Shown: piece by piece, positions 1 through 10,572 of the stretch
How positions within the stretch are numbered: the stretch's first letter is position 1
How the letters are laid out: every line of letters begins with the position of its first letter
Assembly: GCA_947254595.1 (NCBI GenBank)
Contig: CAMYED010000001.1
Location: 1 to 52,048, forward strand
DNA: 52,048 bases
Source: an uncultured Gardnerella sp.
Lineage (GTDB): Bacteria > Actinomycetota > Actinomycetes > Actinomycetales > Bifidobacteriaceae
Reading direction: 5' to 3'
Position numbers and translations under genes: made by a program
Notes under the pieces: model-generated
Seen by the model: the letters and a program-made list of their open reading frames with translations, nothing else
Database searches by the model: none
What the model was told of the DNA's origin: nothing

Positions 1-128
1 GTTGAAAGCACACCGTGCTTTCAACTTGAGCAAGCTCACGCTCCGAGTTGCTTTCACGCGCACAATGCTGCGCTCAAGCAGGTCGTCGCGCGTTCGAGGA
101 GAGAAATCCCCCAAAACTCGCGCCACGT
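1..128. repeat. Right part of a MITE-like inverted-repeat element (truncated by window edge)
   Basis: 90-123 is the exact reverse complement of 26924-26957 (GCGTTCGAGGAGAGAAATCCCCCAAAACTCGCGC); perfect hairpin GTTGAAAGCAC-ACC-GTGCTTTCAAC at 1-25. Confidence 0.7.
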
Positions 129-144
129 TAAAGAGAAACTAGCA

Positions 145-1248
145 TTATAAGTTTCTTAGCGAACTATCTGAACGCAACAGCAGTTGCGAAGATTCGTTGG
201 TGTTAAATCCGCAGATTTCAATAATCGATTCACCTAAGCGCGCGGATTCTAGTAAATCTTGCTGCCAATTGCTCATGGAATCATACTTCCACAATCTGCT
301 ATTAGCAACATCGCCTTGATTATCAGCATCACTTTGTTGCGTATTAGTTTTAGACGAGTTGCGCTGCTGGTATTTATATTCTCGCCACGATTGAGCTTTA
401 GCAAAAAACTCTTGCTCTAATGCATCCGCAACTTCTGTATCATTATCTAGCATATTTGCAGCAAAAGTTAGCTCAGAAATTACTGAACGCAATAATTTCG
501 CAGTATTACGCCGATTTTCACTTACCATTGCGCGAGTGCGTTGAGGATCTGTAAGAGCAACGCGAGTCATATCTCGCCACGAGCCGGCAGACAGTTGCAA
601 AGCAATAGCACGATTAGGTTGATTGCACAAAACATTCGCAAGAGAAGTTGCAACAACATGAGGCATGTGAGAAATAAGTGCTGCAGATTTATCGTGCGTT
701 TCGTCGTCCAAAACTATTGCGCGATTCTTACATAAAGAAACAATCATTTGTAAAATATTACGAACTCGCCAAAACTCAGTGTTGTTATCAACAGTTAAAG
801 CCCACAAAGCATTTTCTAAAAGTTCAGCGCTAGAAGCTTCCCAACCAGTAAACTCGCTTCCAGCCATAGGATGCGCACCAACGTAGCAATCTTGCAAACC
901 TGCTGCAGAAACCTGATCTCGAACTAAAGTTTTTACGCTACCAACATCGCTAAGAGTTGTACAAGATTTGTCAACATAAGGTGCGATTTCCTGCAAAATA
1001 CTTGGCATAGCAGCTAAAGCATTACATAAAATCAGAACATTCGGACGAAGTTTAGCTAAATCTTGCACGCTGTCTACGCAAGTAATTCCTAAATTTTCAG
1101 CTTCTTCGTAAGGGCTATGATGACGATTCCAAGCGTACACTCTACATTTCGGCAACTTTGCAAGTCTTTTTGCAAGAGATCCGCCAATAAGACCAAGACC
1201 TACAATACCAACAGAAAAATTTTGAGAAAATTCAGCATCTTCTACCAT
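145..1248 (-). CDS. tyrA: Prephenate dehydrogenase
   Basis: Rossmann motif GLGLIGGS, DVGSVK, HPMAGSE, SHMPH; downstream of pheA. Confidence 0.92.
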   Translation of the reverse strand: MVEDAEFSQNFSVGIVGLGLIGGSLAKRLAKLPKCRVYAWNRHHSPYEEAENLGITCVDSVQDLAKLRPNVLILCNALAAMPSILQEIAPYVDKSCTTLSDVGSVKTLVRDQVSAAGLQDCYVGAHPMAGSEFTGWEASSAELLENALWALTVDNNTEFWRVRNILQMIVSLCKNRAIVLDDETHDKSAALISHMPHVVATSLANVLCNQPNRAIALQLSAGSWRDMTRVALTDPQRTRAMVSENRRNTAKLLRSVISELTFAANMLDNDTEVADALEQEFFAKAQSWREYKYQQRNSSKTNTQQSDADNQGDVANSRLWKYDSMSNWQQDLLESARLGESIIEICGFNTNESSQLLLRSDSSLRNL

Positions 1249-2240
1249 AATAATTCTCTTTCTGCCTGCATCACGTTCAAATTGCGCAAAGCATCAACTG
1301 AAGGTTCAACGCACACCCCACCATTAGGAAGCATACAATCGTCCATAACAGGATTATTGCGCCTCTCGGAAGGATACACCGCTAAAACTCGAACCCAATC
1401 TCCATGCTCAACAACCTCTTGAATCATAGCTTTACACGTAGAATCCCAAGGAGCAGCATCAACAGTTGCAATAAAACTGTACAAACCATCCTGCCCTTTA
1501 ATCGGCCTAGACATAAAAGAAGTCATATTAAGCCCATGATCACGTACAACATCAAGCAAATTTGCTAGCACTCCAGCACCAGTAGAACGCGGAATAAAAG
1601 CAATAATTGAGGAAAAAGATGAAGAGTTTTTGCGCTGCATATTAACAAAATCTAAAGCTTCATCTCGAGGAGCTAATACTAAAAACTCAGTGCGAGCGCC
1701 AGAAAAGTCTTCAACGCCTTCGCTCACAATCTGCCTATTGTATAAATCGGCACAAATTCTAGGACATAAAGCAACTTCGCCAGGAACTAAGTCCCTACAA
1801 GCAGCAGCATTTGAAGACGCAGTTTTTTCTTTCAATCCGCGCTCTTGAGCAAACTTACGGCATTGTGCCAACGCGTGCGGATGAGCAACAATTGTAGAAC
1901 AGTTATCGATTGAATCTGACTTGCAAATAACAGCATCAAAACTAATATCGACGCCTACGCGAGCAATGCCAACCATATTTTTTGCATCGATTAGTAAATC
2001 TAAATTAGGTATTACAACGCCCTCAATATTGTTTTCCCAAGCAATAACGCCCCAATGATGATTCTCTTCAATTTCACTAGCAATATTGCGAACATTTTCG
2101 CACGCAGTTGGAATAAGCTGAAAATTATCAAATGATTGTAGCTGATGCTGAACTTTTAATGCTGCCTGATGCGTAAAAGAACCTTCCGGCCCTAAATAGC
2201 ATAATTTACGAGCACCCTGACTGTTCTTATTACAATCCAT
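1242..2240 (-). CDS. pheA: Prephenate dehydratase with ACT domain
   Basis: YLGPEGSFT, ENNIEG, HPHALAQC, TEF, ACT-like NMTSFMSRP. Confidence 0.9.
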   Translation of the reverse strand: MDCNKNSQGARKLCYLGPEGSFTHQAALKVQHQLQSFDNFQLIPTACENVRNIASEIEENHHWGVIAWENNIEGVVIPNLDLLIDAKNMVGIARVGVDISFDAVICKSDSIDNCSTIVAHPHALAQCRKFAQERGLKEKTASSNAAACRDLVPGEVALCPRICADLYNRQIVSEGVEDFSGARTEFLVLAPRDEALDFVNMQRKNSSSFSSIIAFIPRSTGAGVLANLLDVVRDHGLNMTSFMSRPIKGQDGLYSFIATVDAAPWDSTCKAMIQEVVEHGDWVRVLAVYPSERRNNPVMDDCMLPNGGVCVEPSVDALRNLNVMQAERELLW

Positions 2241-2311
2241 GACTATTCCTTAAAACTACTGCAAAAACTACTGCAAATTCTTTACTTATTTAGCTCTTTA
2301 CTTATATAACA

Positions 2312-2719
2312 CTATTCAACAACAAACCAACGCTTAGGCATAAAAAGCAAAATTGCGTGAACAATAAGCATTCCATACAGCCAAAAGTACCCAACATATT
2401 GAGCACACCAAGGCATAGGAATAGCAAATCCTACAGGAACAAGAATTGCGCTACCAATAAAATCTAATGCAATAATCCAAGCAACAGAAGAAAATACTAC
2501 CGCATGAACAATTAGTCCAATCAAACCGCTACGGCAACGAGCGCACCAAGCAGACAAAACCAACAAAATCATTGCAATAGCAAAACCGTAAGGAATATTA
2601 TTATCTACTCCTGCACGATGCACAAAAGTTCCAATCAACGCGTACAACACTGCAGAAACGCACGTGGTCGCATACCTACCCCATAAAGGTAAGCGATGCG
2701 ACCACGGTTTTGCTGTCAT
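2312..2719 (-). CDS. Small integral membrane protein (about 4 TM), function unknown
   Basis: Hydrophobic 135-aa ORF in the operon between typA and pheA. Confidence 0.7.
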   Translation of the reverse strand: MTAKPWSHRLPLWGRYATTCVSAVLYALIGTFVHRAGVDNNIPYGFAIAMILLVLSAWCARCRSGLIGLIVHAVVFSSVAWIIALDFIGSAILVPVGFAIPMPWCAQYVGYFWLYGMLIVHAILLFMPKRWFVVE

Positions 2720-2762
2720 AGTAAATTAGCCTAAATTTACAAATAGTATTTTCGAGGATACG

Positions 2763-4688
2763 TCACGCAGCATTGTTCTGACGACGCTGCTTAGCACGCC
2801 ACTTATACCACTCATCACGGCTCAAAATAATCTTGCGAACGCGAATTGCTTCAGGCGTAACTTCCACGCACTCATCTTCGTTAGCGAAGTCAAGAGACTC
2901 TTCCAAGCTCATCTTAATTGGTGGAGTCAAAGTTTCAAGCACGTCAGCAGTTGAAGAACGCATGTTCGTCATGTGCTTAGCAAGAGTAATATTCACATCC
3001 AACTCGTCTGGCTTGTTGTTAATACCAACGATTTGGCCTTCATAAACTGGGCTTTGCGGATCAACAAAGAAGATACCGCGAGCCTGCAAACGCTGCATAG
3101 CGTAAGGAGTTGCAACACCCTTACGATCGCAAACCATAGAACCGTTCTGACGAGTCACAATCTGACCAGCCCACGGAGCATAACCGGCAGAAATAGAGCT
3201 TGCAATACCAGTTCCACGAGTGGCAGAAAGCAAAGCCGTGCGGAAACCAATAAGACCGCGAGAAGGAACGGTAAACTGCAAACGAACCCAACCGGAACCG
3301 TGGTTGCTCATAGAATCCATGCGGCCCTTACGATCAGCCATAAGCTGAGTGACAGTACCCATGTACTCTTCTGGAACGTCAATCGTAGTGTTTTCCATAG
3401 GCTCGTTAATTTGACCATCAATAGTCTTAGTAACAACCTGCGGGCGACCTACCGTAAGCTCATAACCTTCGCGACGCATCTGCTCAGCCAAAACAGCCAA
3501 AGCAAGCTCGCCACGACCCTGAACTTCCCAAGCATCTGGACGCTCAGTTGGAAGAACCTTAATAGAAACGTTACCAATAAGCTCGCGATCCAAACGATCC
3601 TTAATCATACGAGCAGTAAGCTTATGATCTTTGCCTTCAGTTCCAGCAAGAGGAGAATCGTTTACGCCGAAAGTCATAGAAATTGCAGGATCGTCAACAT
3701 GAATCAACGGAAGCGGCTTTGGATCGTTCTGATCAACAATCGTTTCGCCAATCATAATGTCGTTCACGCCAGCAACAGCAACAATGTCGCCAGGACCTGC
3801 AGAAGCTACAGGAGTACGCTCCAAACCTTGGGTGCGAAGAAGCTCGGAAACGCGGAAGTTTTCAATAGAACCATCAACGCGAGAAAGACCGTAAGTCTTA
3901 CCCTTTTCCAAAGTGCCGTTATAAATACGCACTAAACCAAGACGACCCAAAAAGTCGGAAGAATCAATATTTGCAACATGAGCCTGCAGAGGAGCACCTT
4001 CCTCATATTCAGGTGCAGGAATGTTTGAAATAATAGAATCAAACAGAGGCTCCAAATTGTCGTTATCTGGCAAGCCGCCATTTTCTGGCTGATTAACAGA
4101 AGCATAACCTGCCTTAGCAGCGCAGTAAATTACCGGCAAATCAAGCAAAGCGTCGAGATCAAGATCAATACCTTCCTCAACAACATCCTGAGCCAAGCCA
4201 AGAAGCAAATCAGTAGACTCACCAACAACTTCTTCAATGCGAGCATCTGGACGATCGACCTTATTCACGCACAAAATCACAGGAAGCTTAGCTTCCAAAG
4301 CCTTACGAAGAACAAAACGAGTTTGCGGAAGTGGGCCTTCAGAAGCATCAACAAGCAGAACAACGCCGTCAACCATAGAAATACCGCGCTCAACCTCACC
4401 ACCAAAGTCGGCGTGGCCAGGAGTATCAATCACGTTAATAGTAATGCCTTCTGGGTGACCATATTTTTCAGCCAAAGGACCGGTGTACTGCACAGCCGTG
4501 TTCTTAGCAAGAATAGTAATGCCCTTTTCACGTTCCAAATCGTTGGAATCCATAACGCGATCTGGAACTTCTTCACGCTCAGAAAATACGTGCGACTGCT
4601 GAAGCATGGCGTTTACCAGCGTGGTCTTACCGTGGTCTACGTGCGCCACAATTGCCACATTTCGAATATCACCGCGAACAGTCATCAC
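2763..4688 (-). CDS. typA: Translational GTPase TypA/BipA
   Basis: AHVDHGKTT, REKGITI, DTPGHADF, NKVD, C-terminal EVTPEAIRVRK. Confidence 0.97.
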   Translation of the reverse strand: MMTVRGDIRNVAIVAHVDHGKTTLVNAMLQQSHVFSEREEVPDRVMDSNDLEREKGITILAKNTAVQYTGPLAEKYGHPEGITINVIDTPGHADFGGEVERGISMVDGVVLLVDASEGPLPQTRFVLRKALEAKLPVILCVNKVDRPDARIEEVVGESTDLLLGLAQDVVEEGIDLDLDALLDLPVIYCAAKAGYASVNQPENGGLPDNDNLEPLFDSIISNIPAPEYEEGAPLQAHVANIDSSDFLGRLGLVRIYNGTLEKGKTYGLSRVDGSIENFRVSELLRTQGLERTPVASAGPGDIVAVAGVNDIMIGETIVDQNDPKPLPLIHVDDPAISMTFGVNDSPLAGTEGKDHKLTARMIKDRLDRELIGNVSIKVLPTERPDAWEVQGRGELALAVLAEQMRREGYELTVGRPQVVTKTIDGQINEPMENTTIDVPEEYMGTVTQLMADRKGRMDSMSNHGSGWVRLQFTVPSRGLIGFRTALLSATRGTGIASSISAGYAPWAGQIVTRQNGSMVCDRKGVATPYAMQRLQARGIFFVDPQSPVYEGQIVGINNKPDELDVNITLAKHMTNMRSSTADVLETLTPPIKMSLEESLDFANEDECVEVTPEAIRVRKIILSRDEWYKWRAKQRRQNNAA

Positions 4689-4873
4689 AAACCTCTTCCA
4701 TTCTTCGCGTTTAAGTAATTATTTACAAGCAACCATTTAGGTCATAATAAGCGACTTAAATAGTAGCGATACGTTATTGACAAACACCAAAATAGGCAAA
4801 CTGCCAAACCGCACCGATTTTACTCGCGAGCTAAGACAGCTTTTAATCCACGCTAACGCTGAACCACAAGAGC

Positions 4874-5713
4874 TTACGCAACAACACCCTTAGCAATAAG
4901 TTCGCGCGCAACTTCCCTATATTCTTTTGCAGTTTTGTGTTCAGGAGCAAAAATAGTAATAGGAACCGCAGCAACCGTAGAATCAGGCAATTTAATAGAG
5001 CGAGAAATTACAGAATGTAAAACGCGGTCTTGGAAAGCTTCATAAATACGCTGCAACACTTCTTCACTGTGCAAAGTGCGCGTATACATAGTAACGAGAA
5101 CACCGAATACTTTAAGATTTGGATTAATTCGAGACTGAACCTTTTCAATAGACTGCATAAGAAGCGCCACGCCTCGAAGCGCAAAGAACTCTGCAGCAAG
5201 CGGAATAATTACGCCATCCGCAGCCGTTAGTGCGTTTACTGTAAGCAAGCCTAGGGAAGGCTGGCAGTCAACAATAATAACGTCGTATTCGTCACGCACC
5301 TTACGCAATACACCTGCAAGAATCTGCTCACGACCTACTTCTGTAACTAATTGCACTTCTGCAGCGGACAAATCAATATTCGCAGGCATAATATCAATGT
5401 TTTCCGTATTCGTGTGACGAATAACATCGTGAACATCTACTGAAGAATCAAACAAAGCCGTATAAACGGTGTTGTCAAGAGCATTAGCGTTAATTCCAAG
5501 ACCAACAGTTGCAGCACCTTGAGGATCGAAATCAACGATTAAAACGCGACGACCATATTGGCTTAGAGCACCAGCAATATTGATAGAACTTGTAGTTTTA
5601 CCAACACCACCCTTTTGATTGCACATAGCAATAATTCGCGCAGGACCGTGAGAAGTAAGCGGCTCCGGCGCATGAAAAGTCTCGTATTCGCGTCCAAGTA
5701 AATCAGTAGGCAT
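4874..5713 (-). CDS. ParA/Soj-family ATPase (orphan type next to xerD)
   Basis: Deviant Walker A NQKGGVGKTT, DFDPQG, DCQPSLG; start placed at MPTDLLGR (ORF extends to 5764). Confidence 0.9.
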   Translation of the reverse strand: MPTDLLGREYETFHAPEPLTSHGPARIIAMCNQKGGVGKTTSSINIAGALSQYGRRVLIVDFDPQGAATVGLGINANALDNTVYTALFDSSVDVHDVIRHTNTENIDIMPANIDLSAAEVQLVTEVGREQILAGVLRKVRDEYDVIIVDCQPSLGLLTVNALTAADGVIIPLAAEFFALRGVALLMQSIEKVQSRINPNLKVFGVLVTMYTRTLHSEEVLQRIYEAFQDRVLHSVISRSIKLPDSTVAAVPITIFAPEHKTAKEYREVARELIAKGVVA

Positions 5714-5760
5714 GTTCCCCACTTTATCAACAGGTATACTCACGAAACTCTGAGAATAAA

Positions 5761-6756
5761 TCATCTAGCACGAGGATGACTCATAACATACGCTTCAACC
5801 AAAGCATCTGGGCTAATATGCGTATAAATTTGCGTAGTCGTTACAGAAGCGTGACCAAGAAGCTCTTGAACTGTGCGCACATCCGCACCACCTGCTATTA
5901 AATGCGTAGCAAGCGAATGGCGTAAAGTGTGCGGATGCAATGGGCGTCCAAGTTTTGCACGCTCCCCCGCTTCAACAACCACAAACCACGCTGATTGGCG
6001 AGATAGTGCATTGCCACGCTTATTTAAGAAAATAGTGTGCAATTCGCGCTTTCCTTTTGAAGATAATATTGGGCGAGATTTTTCAATATACTTACGAATA
6101 GCCCTAATAGCGCAACCACCAATCGGAACTAAACGCTGTTTTGCACCTTTGCCAATAAGTTTTACAACGGAATCATCTAAATCAAGATCTTCAAATTTTA
6201 CGCCTACTGCTTCTGAAATTCGCGCACCCGTAGCGTACAAAAACTCGAGCAAAGCTGCATCCCGAAGCGAAATAGCGTCTTCGCTACCAAAATTCCCTGC
6301 AGCCTCAATAACACGGTTTACTTCGTCAATGCTTAAAACGTCCGGCAAATAATCTGCCTGCTTTGGCGCTTTTACAAATGCTGAAACGTCCGAAGTAATA
6401 TCCCCGTGCGAAAGCATAAAACGATGCCATTCATGAATACTCGCAAGCCTTCTAGAAATAGTGCGAGACCCCAAACCTAATTTATTCAAAGTTCGAACAT
6501 AAGATTCAATATCTAACTGCGAAATAGCGGTAATATCTTTGATTTTTCGTTCACTATAAAGCCAAGATGTGTAATCTTGCAAATCTGAAGCGTATGCAGA
6601 AACAGTTTTTTTAGAAAGACCACGCTCAATATCAATATGCGCAATAAAACGTTGAAAATAAGGCAAAAATTCTTTAGGAATATTGGATGTAAAAGTGCTT
6701 TGAAAAGTGCTTTGAATAGTGCTTTCAGCATTGTAAGAATCAAGATTCGAGCGCAT
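5761..6756 (-). CDS. xerD: Site-specific tyrosine recombinase XerD
   Basis: Catalytic motifs ATGARISE, GKGAKQR, HPHTLRHS, LLGH, TTQIYTH; housekeeping context rplT-xerD-parA. Confidence 0.9.
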   Translation of the reverse strand: MRSNLDSYNAESTIQSTFQSTFTSNIPKEFLPYFQRFIAHIDIERGLSKKTVSAYASDLQDYTSWLYSERKIKDITAISQLDIESYVRTLNKLGLGSRTISRRLASIHEWHRFMLSHGDITSDVSAFVKAPKQADYLPDVLSIDEVNRVIEAAGNFGSEDAISLRDAALLEFLYATGARISEAVGVKFEDLDLDDSVVKLIGKGAKQRLVPIGGCAIRAIRKYIEKSRPILSSKGKRELHTIFLNKRGNALSRQSAWFVVVEAGERAKLGRPLHPHTLRHSLATHLIAGGADVRTVQELLGHASVTTTQIYTHISPDALVEAYVMSHPRAR

Positions 6757-6789
6757 AAAATAATTATAACAAGAACTAAATTTGCTTCT

Positions 6790-6828
6790 AAAAAAAAAAT
6801 AAAAAAGCCCGCCAAAATTGACGGGCTT
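6790..6828 (-). terminator. Intrinsic terminator after rplT
   Basis: Minus strand AAGCCCGTCAATTTTGGCGGGC followed by T-runs. Confidence 0.75.
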
Positions 6829-6851
6829 AAAATTAAACTCACTTAAGCGAA

Positions 6852-7235
6852 TCAGGCTTCAACTGGAGCATTTACATCTGCTGGCAATGCAGCCTTAGCA
6901 GCTTCTACAACAGCCTTGAAAGCCTCAATATCGGAGACTGCGAGCTCAGCAAGAGCGCGACGATCCAATTCGATACCAGCCAAGTGCAAGCCCTGAATGA
7001 AGCGATTGTAGGTGATGCCTTCAGCGCGAACTGCTGCGTTAATACGCTGAATCCACAACTTGCGGAAATCACCCTTGCGAGCCTTGCGGTCGCGGAAGTT
7101 ATAAGTAAATGAGTGGAGCAGCTGTTCCTTTGCCTTGCGGTAAAGACGGGAGCGCTGACCGCGGTAGCCAGAAGCCCTCTCAAGAACAACGCGACGCTTC
7201 TTGTGAGCGTTTACTGCGCGCTTTACTCGTGCCAT
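6852..7235 (-). CDS. rplT: 50S ribosomal protein L20
   Basis: [15 protein letters not shown]...[12 protein letters not shown]. Confidence 0.98.
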   Translation of the reverse strand: MARVKRAVNAHKKRRVVLERASGYRGQRSRLYRKAKEQLLHSFTYNFRDRKARKGDFRKLWIQRINAAVRAEGITYNRFIQGLHLAGIELDRRALAELAVSDIEAFKAVVEAAKAALPADVNAPVEA

Positions 7236-7304
7236 AAGTATTCCTCAGCTTTCTTAAAAATTTACGATTGCGTATTTGTTTACAAGCAATTCTTACTTGT
7301 TTAC

Positions 7305-7499
7305 TTACTTAACGAGCAAGCCCTTAAGCTTCTTGCTCTGCGCAGTAGCCAATACTTTATCTTCAGAAAGAGCACGACGCTTACGAGCCGACTTGTGCTC
7401 CAAGTTGTGGCGCATGGCGCTACCATCGTGCATCACCTTACCGGTACCGGTAAGACGAACGCGCTTGGACGCTGCGGAATTAGTTTTCATCTTCGGCAT
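7305..7499 (-). CDS. rpmI: 50S ribosomal protein L35 (64 aa)
   Basis: [21 protein letters not shown]; start at ATG 7499 within the longer ORF; RBS GGAGG. Confidence 0.96.
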   Translation of the reverse strand: MPKMKTNSAASKRVRLTGTGKVMHDGSAMRHNLEHKSARKRRALSEDKVLATAQSKKLKGLLVK

Positions 7500-8172
7500 T
7501 GCTGCCCTCCTTGTGATGTTGATCGGATTGCATAGCATTTTCTGCAGCTGCAGACTGCGCCTGCACTTCTTGCTTTGCTGCAAGACGTGCAGCCTGGCGA
7601 GCTTGACGCTCAGCACGCGATTGAACGCCTCGACGACGCTGCTCAGACTGTGTATGAATCTTCTTACCCTTTGGAGCAAGAGTCATAATAATATTTCTAC
7701 CCTCTTGCTTAGGCGCAAACTCAACGGTGCCGCTTTCAGAGACCTCATCTGCAAGTCGACGTAACAGTTCAACGCCACCAATTGGACGAGACTGCTCACG
7801 GCCACGCAACATAATAGTGACCTTGACTTTGTCTCCACCGTTCAAGAAACGAAGTACATGACCCTTCTTAACGTCGAAATCATGATCATCAATCTTGAGA
7901 CGGAAACGAATCTCCTTAACCTCAGCAGTGGTCTGATTACGGCGAGCTTCGCGAGCCTTAATCTTTTCGTTGTACTTGTACTTACCGTAGTCAATAAGTT
8001 TGGCTACTGGAGGCTTAGCAGTAGGTGCAACCTCGACAAGATCGAGATTAGCTTCCCGTGCAAGGTTTAACGCGACCGAGGTTGCGATAACTCCCACCTG
8101 CTCGCCTTTTGGACCAATAAGGCGCACCTGAGAGACTCGAATCTCCTCGTTAATGCGTGGTTCGTCGCTAAT
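7480..8172 (-). CDS. infC: Translation initiation factor IF-3 (probable ATT start)
   Basis: [32 protein letters not shown] 5 nt before an in-frame ATT at 8172. Confidence 0.93.
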   Translation of the reverse strand: MSDEPRINEEIRVSQVRLIGPKGEQVGVIATSVALNLAREANLDLVEVAPTAKPPVAKLIDYGKYKYNEKIKAREARRNQTTAEVKEIRFRLKIDDHDFDVKKGHVLRFLNGGDKVKVTIMLRGREQSRPIGGVELLRRLADEVSESGTVEFAPKQEGRNIIMTLAPKGKKIHTQSEQRRRGVQSRAERQARQAARLAAKQEVQAQSAAAENAMQSDQHHKEGSNAEDEN

Positions 8173-8299
8173 GATGACTCCAATCCTTCTAAATACTTGT
8201 AAGATGCAATACACCAAGAAGTCTAAGAGCTTAAAAGATTCACCACTTCATATCAATAAAACGCATACACAAGCGCAGCAAGTAGCGCAAAAAATCTAC

Positions 8300-8368
8300 T
8301 TGCGTGACCGAAGTCATGAACCCGAAACCTCAGTAGGCTTCCAGGTGGGGGCACCCCACTTTCTTGAT
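8300..8368 (-). promoter_or_regulatory. Candidate L20-type leader RNA of infC-rpmI-rplT
   Basis: Minus strand AAGTGGGGTGCCCCCACCTG resembles the 5' motif of L20 leaders as I recall it; TATACT -10 just upstream near 8388-8393. Confidence 0.4.
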
Positions 8369-8440
8369 TACTCAAGCCAAATGTCTAGTATACTACTGGC
8401 CTTGACAAATAACCATTGCGCAAATTGTTAATAGACTTGC

Positions 8441-10327
8441 TTACGCAACTTGCACAGGTTCAGGCTTCAAACCATCATGAGTAAAGTACACGTCATACCA
8501 CGTTAGGAACGTGTAAACAGTCCAAATCTTACGACGATCGTCATTGCGCTTAGCGTAATTGTCATCAATCATGCAAAGCAAAGCATCACGATCAAAGAAC
8601 TTCGCCGCAACATCACTTTCGAAAGATTTACGCACAATCTTATAGAAACGCTCCTCACGCAACCAATCCTTAACCGGAACAGGGAAACCAAGCTTTTCGC
8701 GATCATACCAAGCCTTAGGCAAATGGCGAGCTGCAGCCTGGCGGAAAGCAAACTTAGTATTTTCGTCAGTAATTAAATACTTAGTAGGCACTTGTTCGGC
8801 AACATTCATAAGAACGCGATCCAGCAAAGGCACACGCAACTCCAAAGAATGAGCCATAGTCATTTTATCTGCTTTAAGCAAAATGTCCCCAGGCATCCAC
8901 TGATGCATATCGAGATACTGCTTCTTCTTAACTTCAGAAAGACCTTTACCAGCAATCTTATTATAAATAGCGTCTACAATACTTCTAACACTTGGGCCTT
9001 TACGATACTCAGGCTTAAGAAGCTTTACAGCCTCTTCTTCATCGAACACTTTTGACTGTCCAATAAAATGTTCCTCCGCTGGCGCCAAATTAGCATACAA
9101 ATGCCATGCTCCATGAAAATGCTTACCTTTTGCGAATCGACCAACAGCATAACGCAACTTTTTTGGCAACTTTGCAAGCATACGCGTTACAACTTTAATA
9201 AGTTTAGAACGCGTGTGAACACCATAATCAATATATCCTGCGAATAATTCATCCGCGCCTTCACCGCTTAAAACAACACGCAAATCTTGAGCAGCTAATT
9301 TAGCTAGGAAGAACAACGGAACGCAAGAGAAGTTAGAATCAGGCTCATCCAAATACCATTGAATTTGCGGGAAGTAACGGAAAGCGTCGGCAGCGTCAAT
9401 AATTTCAGACTTATTATTTAAGCCAATAATCTTCGCCAACTCACCAGCCTGCTTAGACTCGTTGTAACGGCCACCAGCAAAACCAATCGAATACGTGTGC
9501 TCTGGGCGAGCAACAGCTGCAACATAGCTAGAATCTACGCCTGAAGAAAGGAATGAACCAACCTCAACATCCGCAATTTGGTGAGCCTTAACAGAATCAC
9601 AAACTGTTTTATCGATTGAATCAACTAATTCATTTAATCGCTGTTTTGTTTCTCTAAAATCGGGATCATAATACTGCTCAATCTTCATCTCACCGTTTTT
9701 ATAAGTAAAGCAGTGACCTTCACGCAGCTTAAACACGCCCTTAAAGAAAGTTTCGTTAATTGCAGGATATTGGAAAGTCATAAACGGCTTAAGCGCATTT
9801 TCGTTAAGTTCCTTCTTAAAATCTGGGTGACGAAGAAGCGACTTAATTTCGGAACCGTACATAAACGTACCGTTCATTTGCGCATAATAAAAAGGCTTAA
9901 TACCAAAATGGTCTCGAGCGCCAAATAATTCTTGAGTTTTTTTATTCCAAATAACGAAGGCAAACATTCCGCGCAAACGCTTAAGCAAATCTTTGCCCCA
10001 TTCCTCATACCCATGCACCAACACTTCCGTGTCGCAATCAGTATGGAAAGTATGACCAGCTTTAATAAGTTCTTCTCGAAGTGGCTTGTAGTTATAAATT
10101 TCGCCATTAAAAGTAACTACTAAAGATCCATCTTCGTTATACATTGGCTGAGAACCGCCGTGAAGATCAATAATGCTTAGACGACGAAAACCAAGAGCTG
10201 CATGTTCGTCAATCATAGTGCCGTATTCATCCGGACCACGATGAGCAATTACATCCGTCATGTCTTTCACAATTTTGGTTTTGACGTTAATTGGGGTGTC
10301 GTTAATGAACCCAGCAATTCCGCACAT
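8441..10327 (-). CDS. asnB: Asparagine synthase (glutamine-hydrolysing), AsnB/AsnH-like amidotransferase
   Basis: N-terminal CGIAG, HRGPD, RRLSIIDL, NGEIYN, LSSGVDSS, SGEGADE, DKMTMAHSLELRVP. Confidence 0.93.
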   Translation of the reverse strand: MCGIAGFINDTPINVKTKIVKDMTDVIAHRGPDEYGTMIDEHAALGFRRLSIIDLHGGSQPMYNEDGSLVVTFNGEIYNYKPLREELIKAGHTFHTDCDTEVLVHGYEEWGKDLLKRLRGMFAFVIWNKKTQELFGARDHFGIKPFYYAQMNGTFMYGSEIKSLLRHPDFKKELNENALKPFMTFQYPAINETFFKGVFKLREGHCFTYKNGEMKIEQYYDPDFRETKQRLNELVDSIDKTVCDSVKAHQIADVEVGSFLSSGVDSSYVAAVARPEHTYSIGFAGGRYNESKQAGELAKIIGLNNKSEIIDAADAFRYFPQIQWYLDEPDSNFSCVPLFFLAKLAAQDLRVVLSGEGADELFAGYIDYGVHTRSKLIKVVTRMLAKLPKKLRYAVGRFAKGKHFHGAWHLYANLAPAEEHFIGQSKVFDEEEAVKLLKPEYRKGPSVRSIVDAIYNKIAGKGLSEVKKKQYLDMHQWMPGDILLKADKMTMAHSLELRVPLLDRVLMNVAEQVPTKYLITDENTKFAFRQAAARHLPKAWYDREKLGFPVPVKDWLREERFYKIVRKSFESDVAAKFFDRDALLCMIDDNYAKRNDDRRKIWTVYTFLTWYDVYFTHDGLKPEPVQVA

Positions 10328-10572
10328 TTATTTCTCCTCGTAAGGTGCACAACACAGCATTACGCTATTTTCAATAAATTATTTTCCCGCTACGAATGCA
10401 GAAAATCCACAGTATTTCGGAAAATCTAATTTGCCTTGCAATATTACATCAAGCACTTTATGTTATCTAAAACAACAATCAAAAAACATAACAAAACACT
10501 AGTCAACATGCGCTTTATAAACTCTTGTTTGAAGCTATTAAAACGGTACCAATAAGGCGTTATTATGAGGGT

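Noticed and set aside
5761..6756. Tyrosine recombinase as a phage or ICE integrase
   Set aside because: XerD-like sequence in the conserved rplT-xerD-parA context, with no mobile cargo. There is no evidence that it acts on the arrays.
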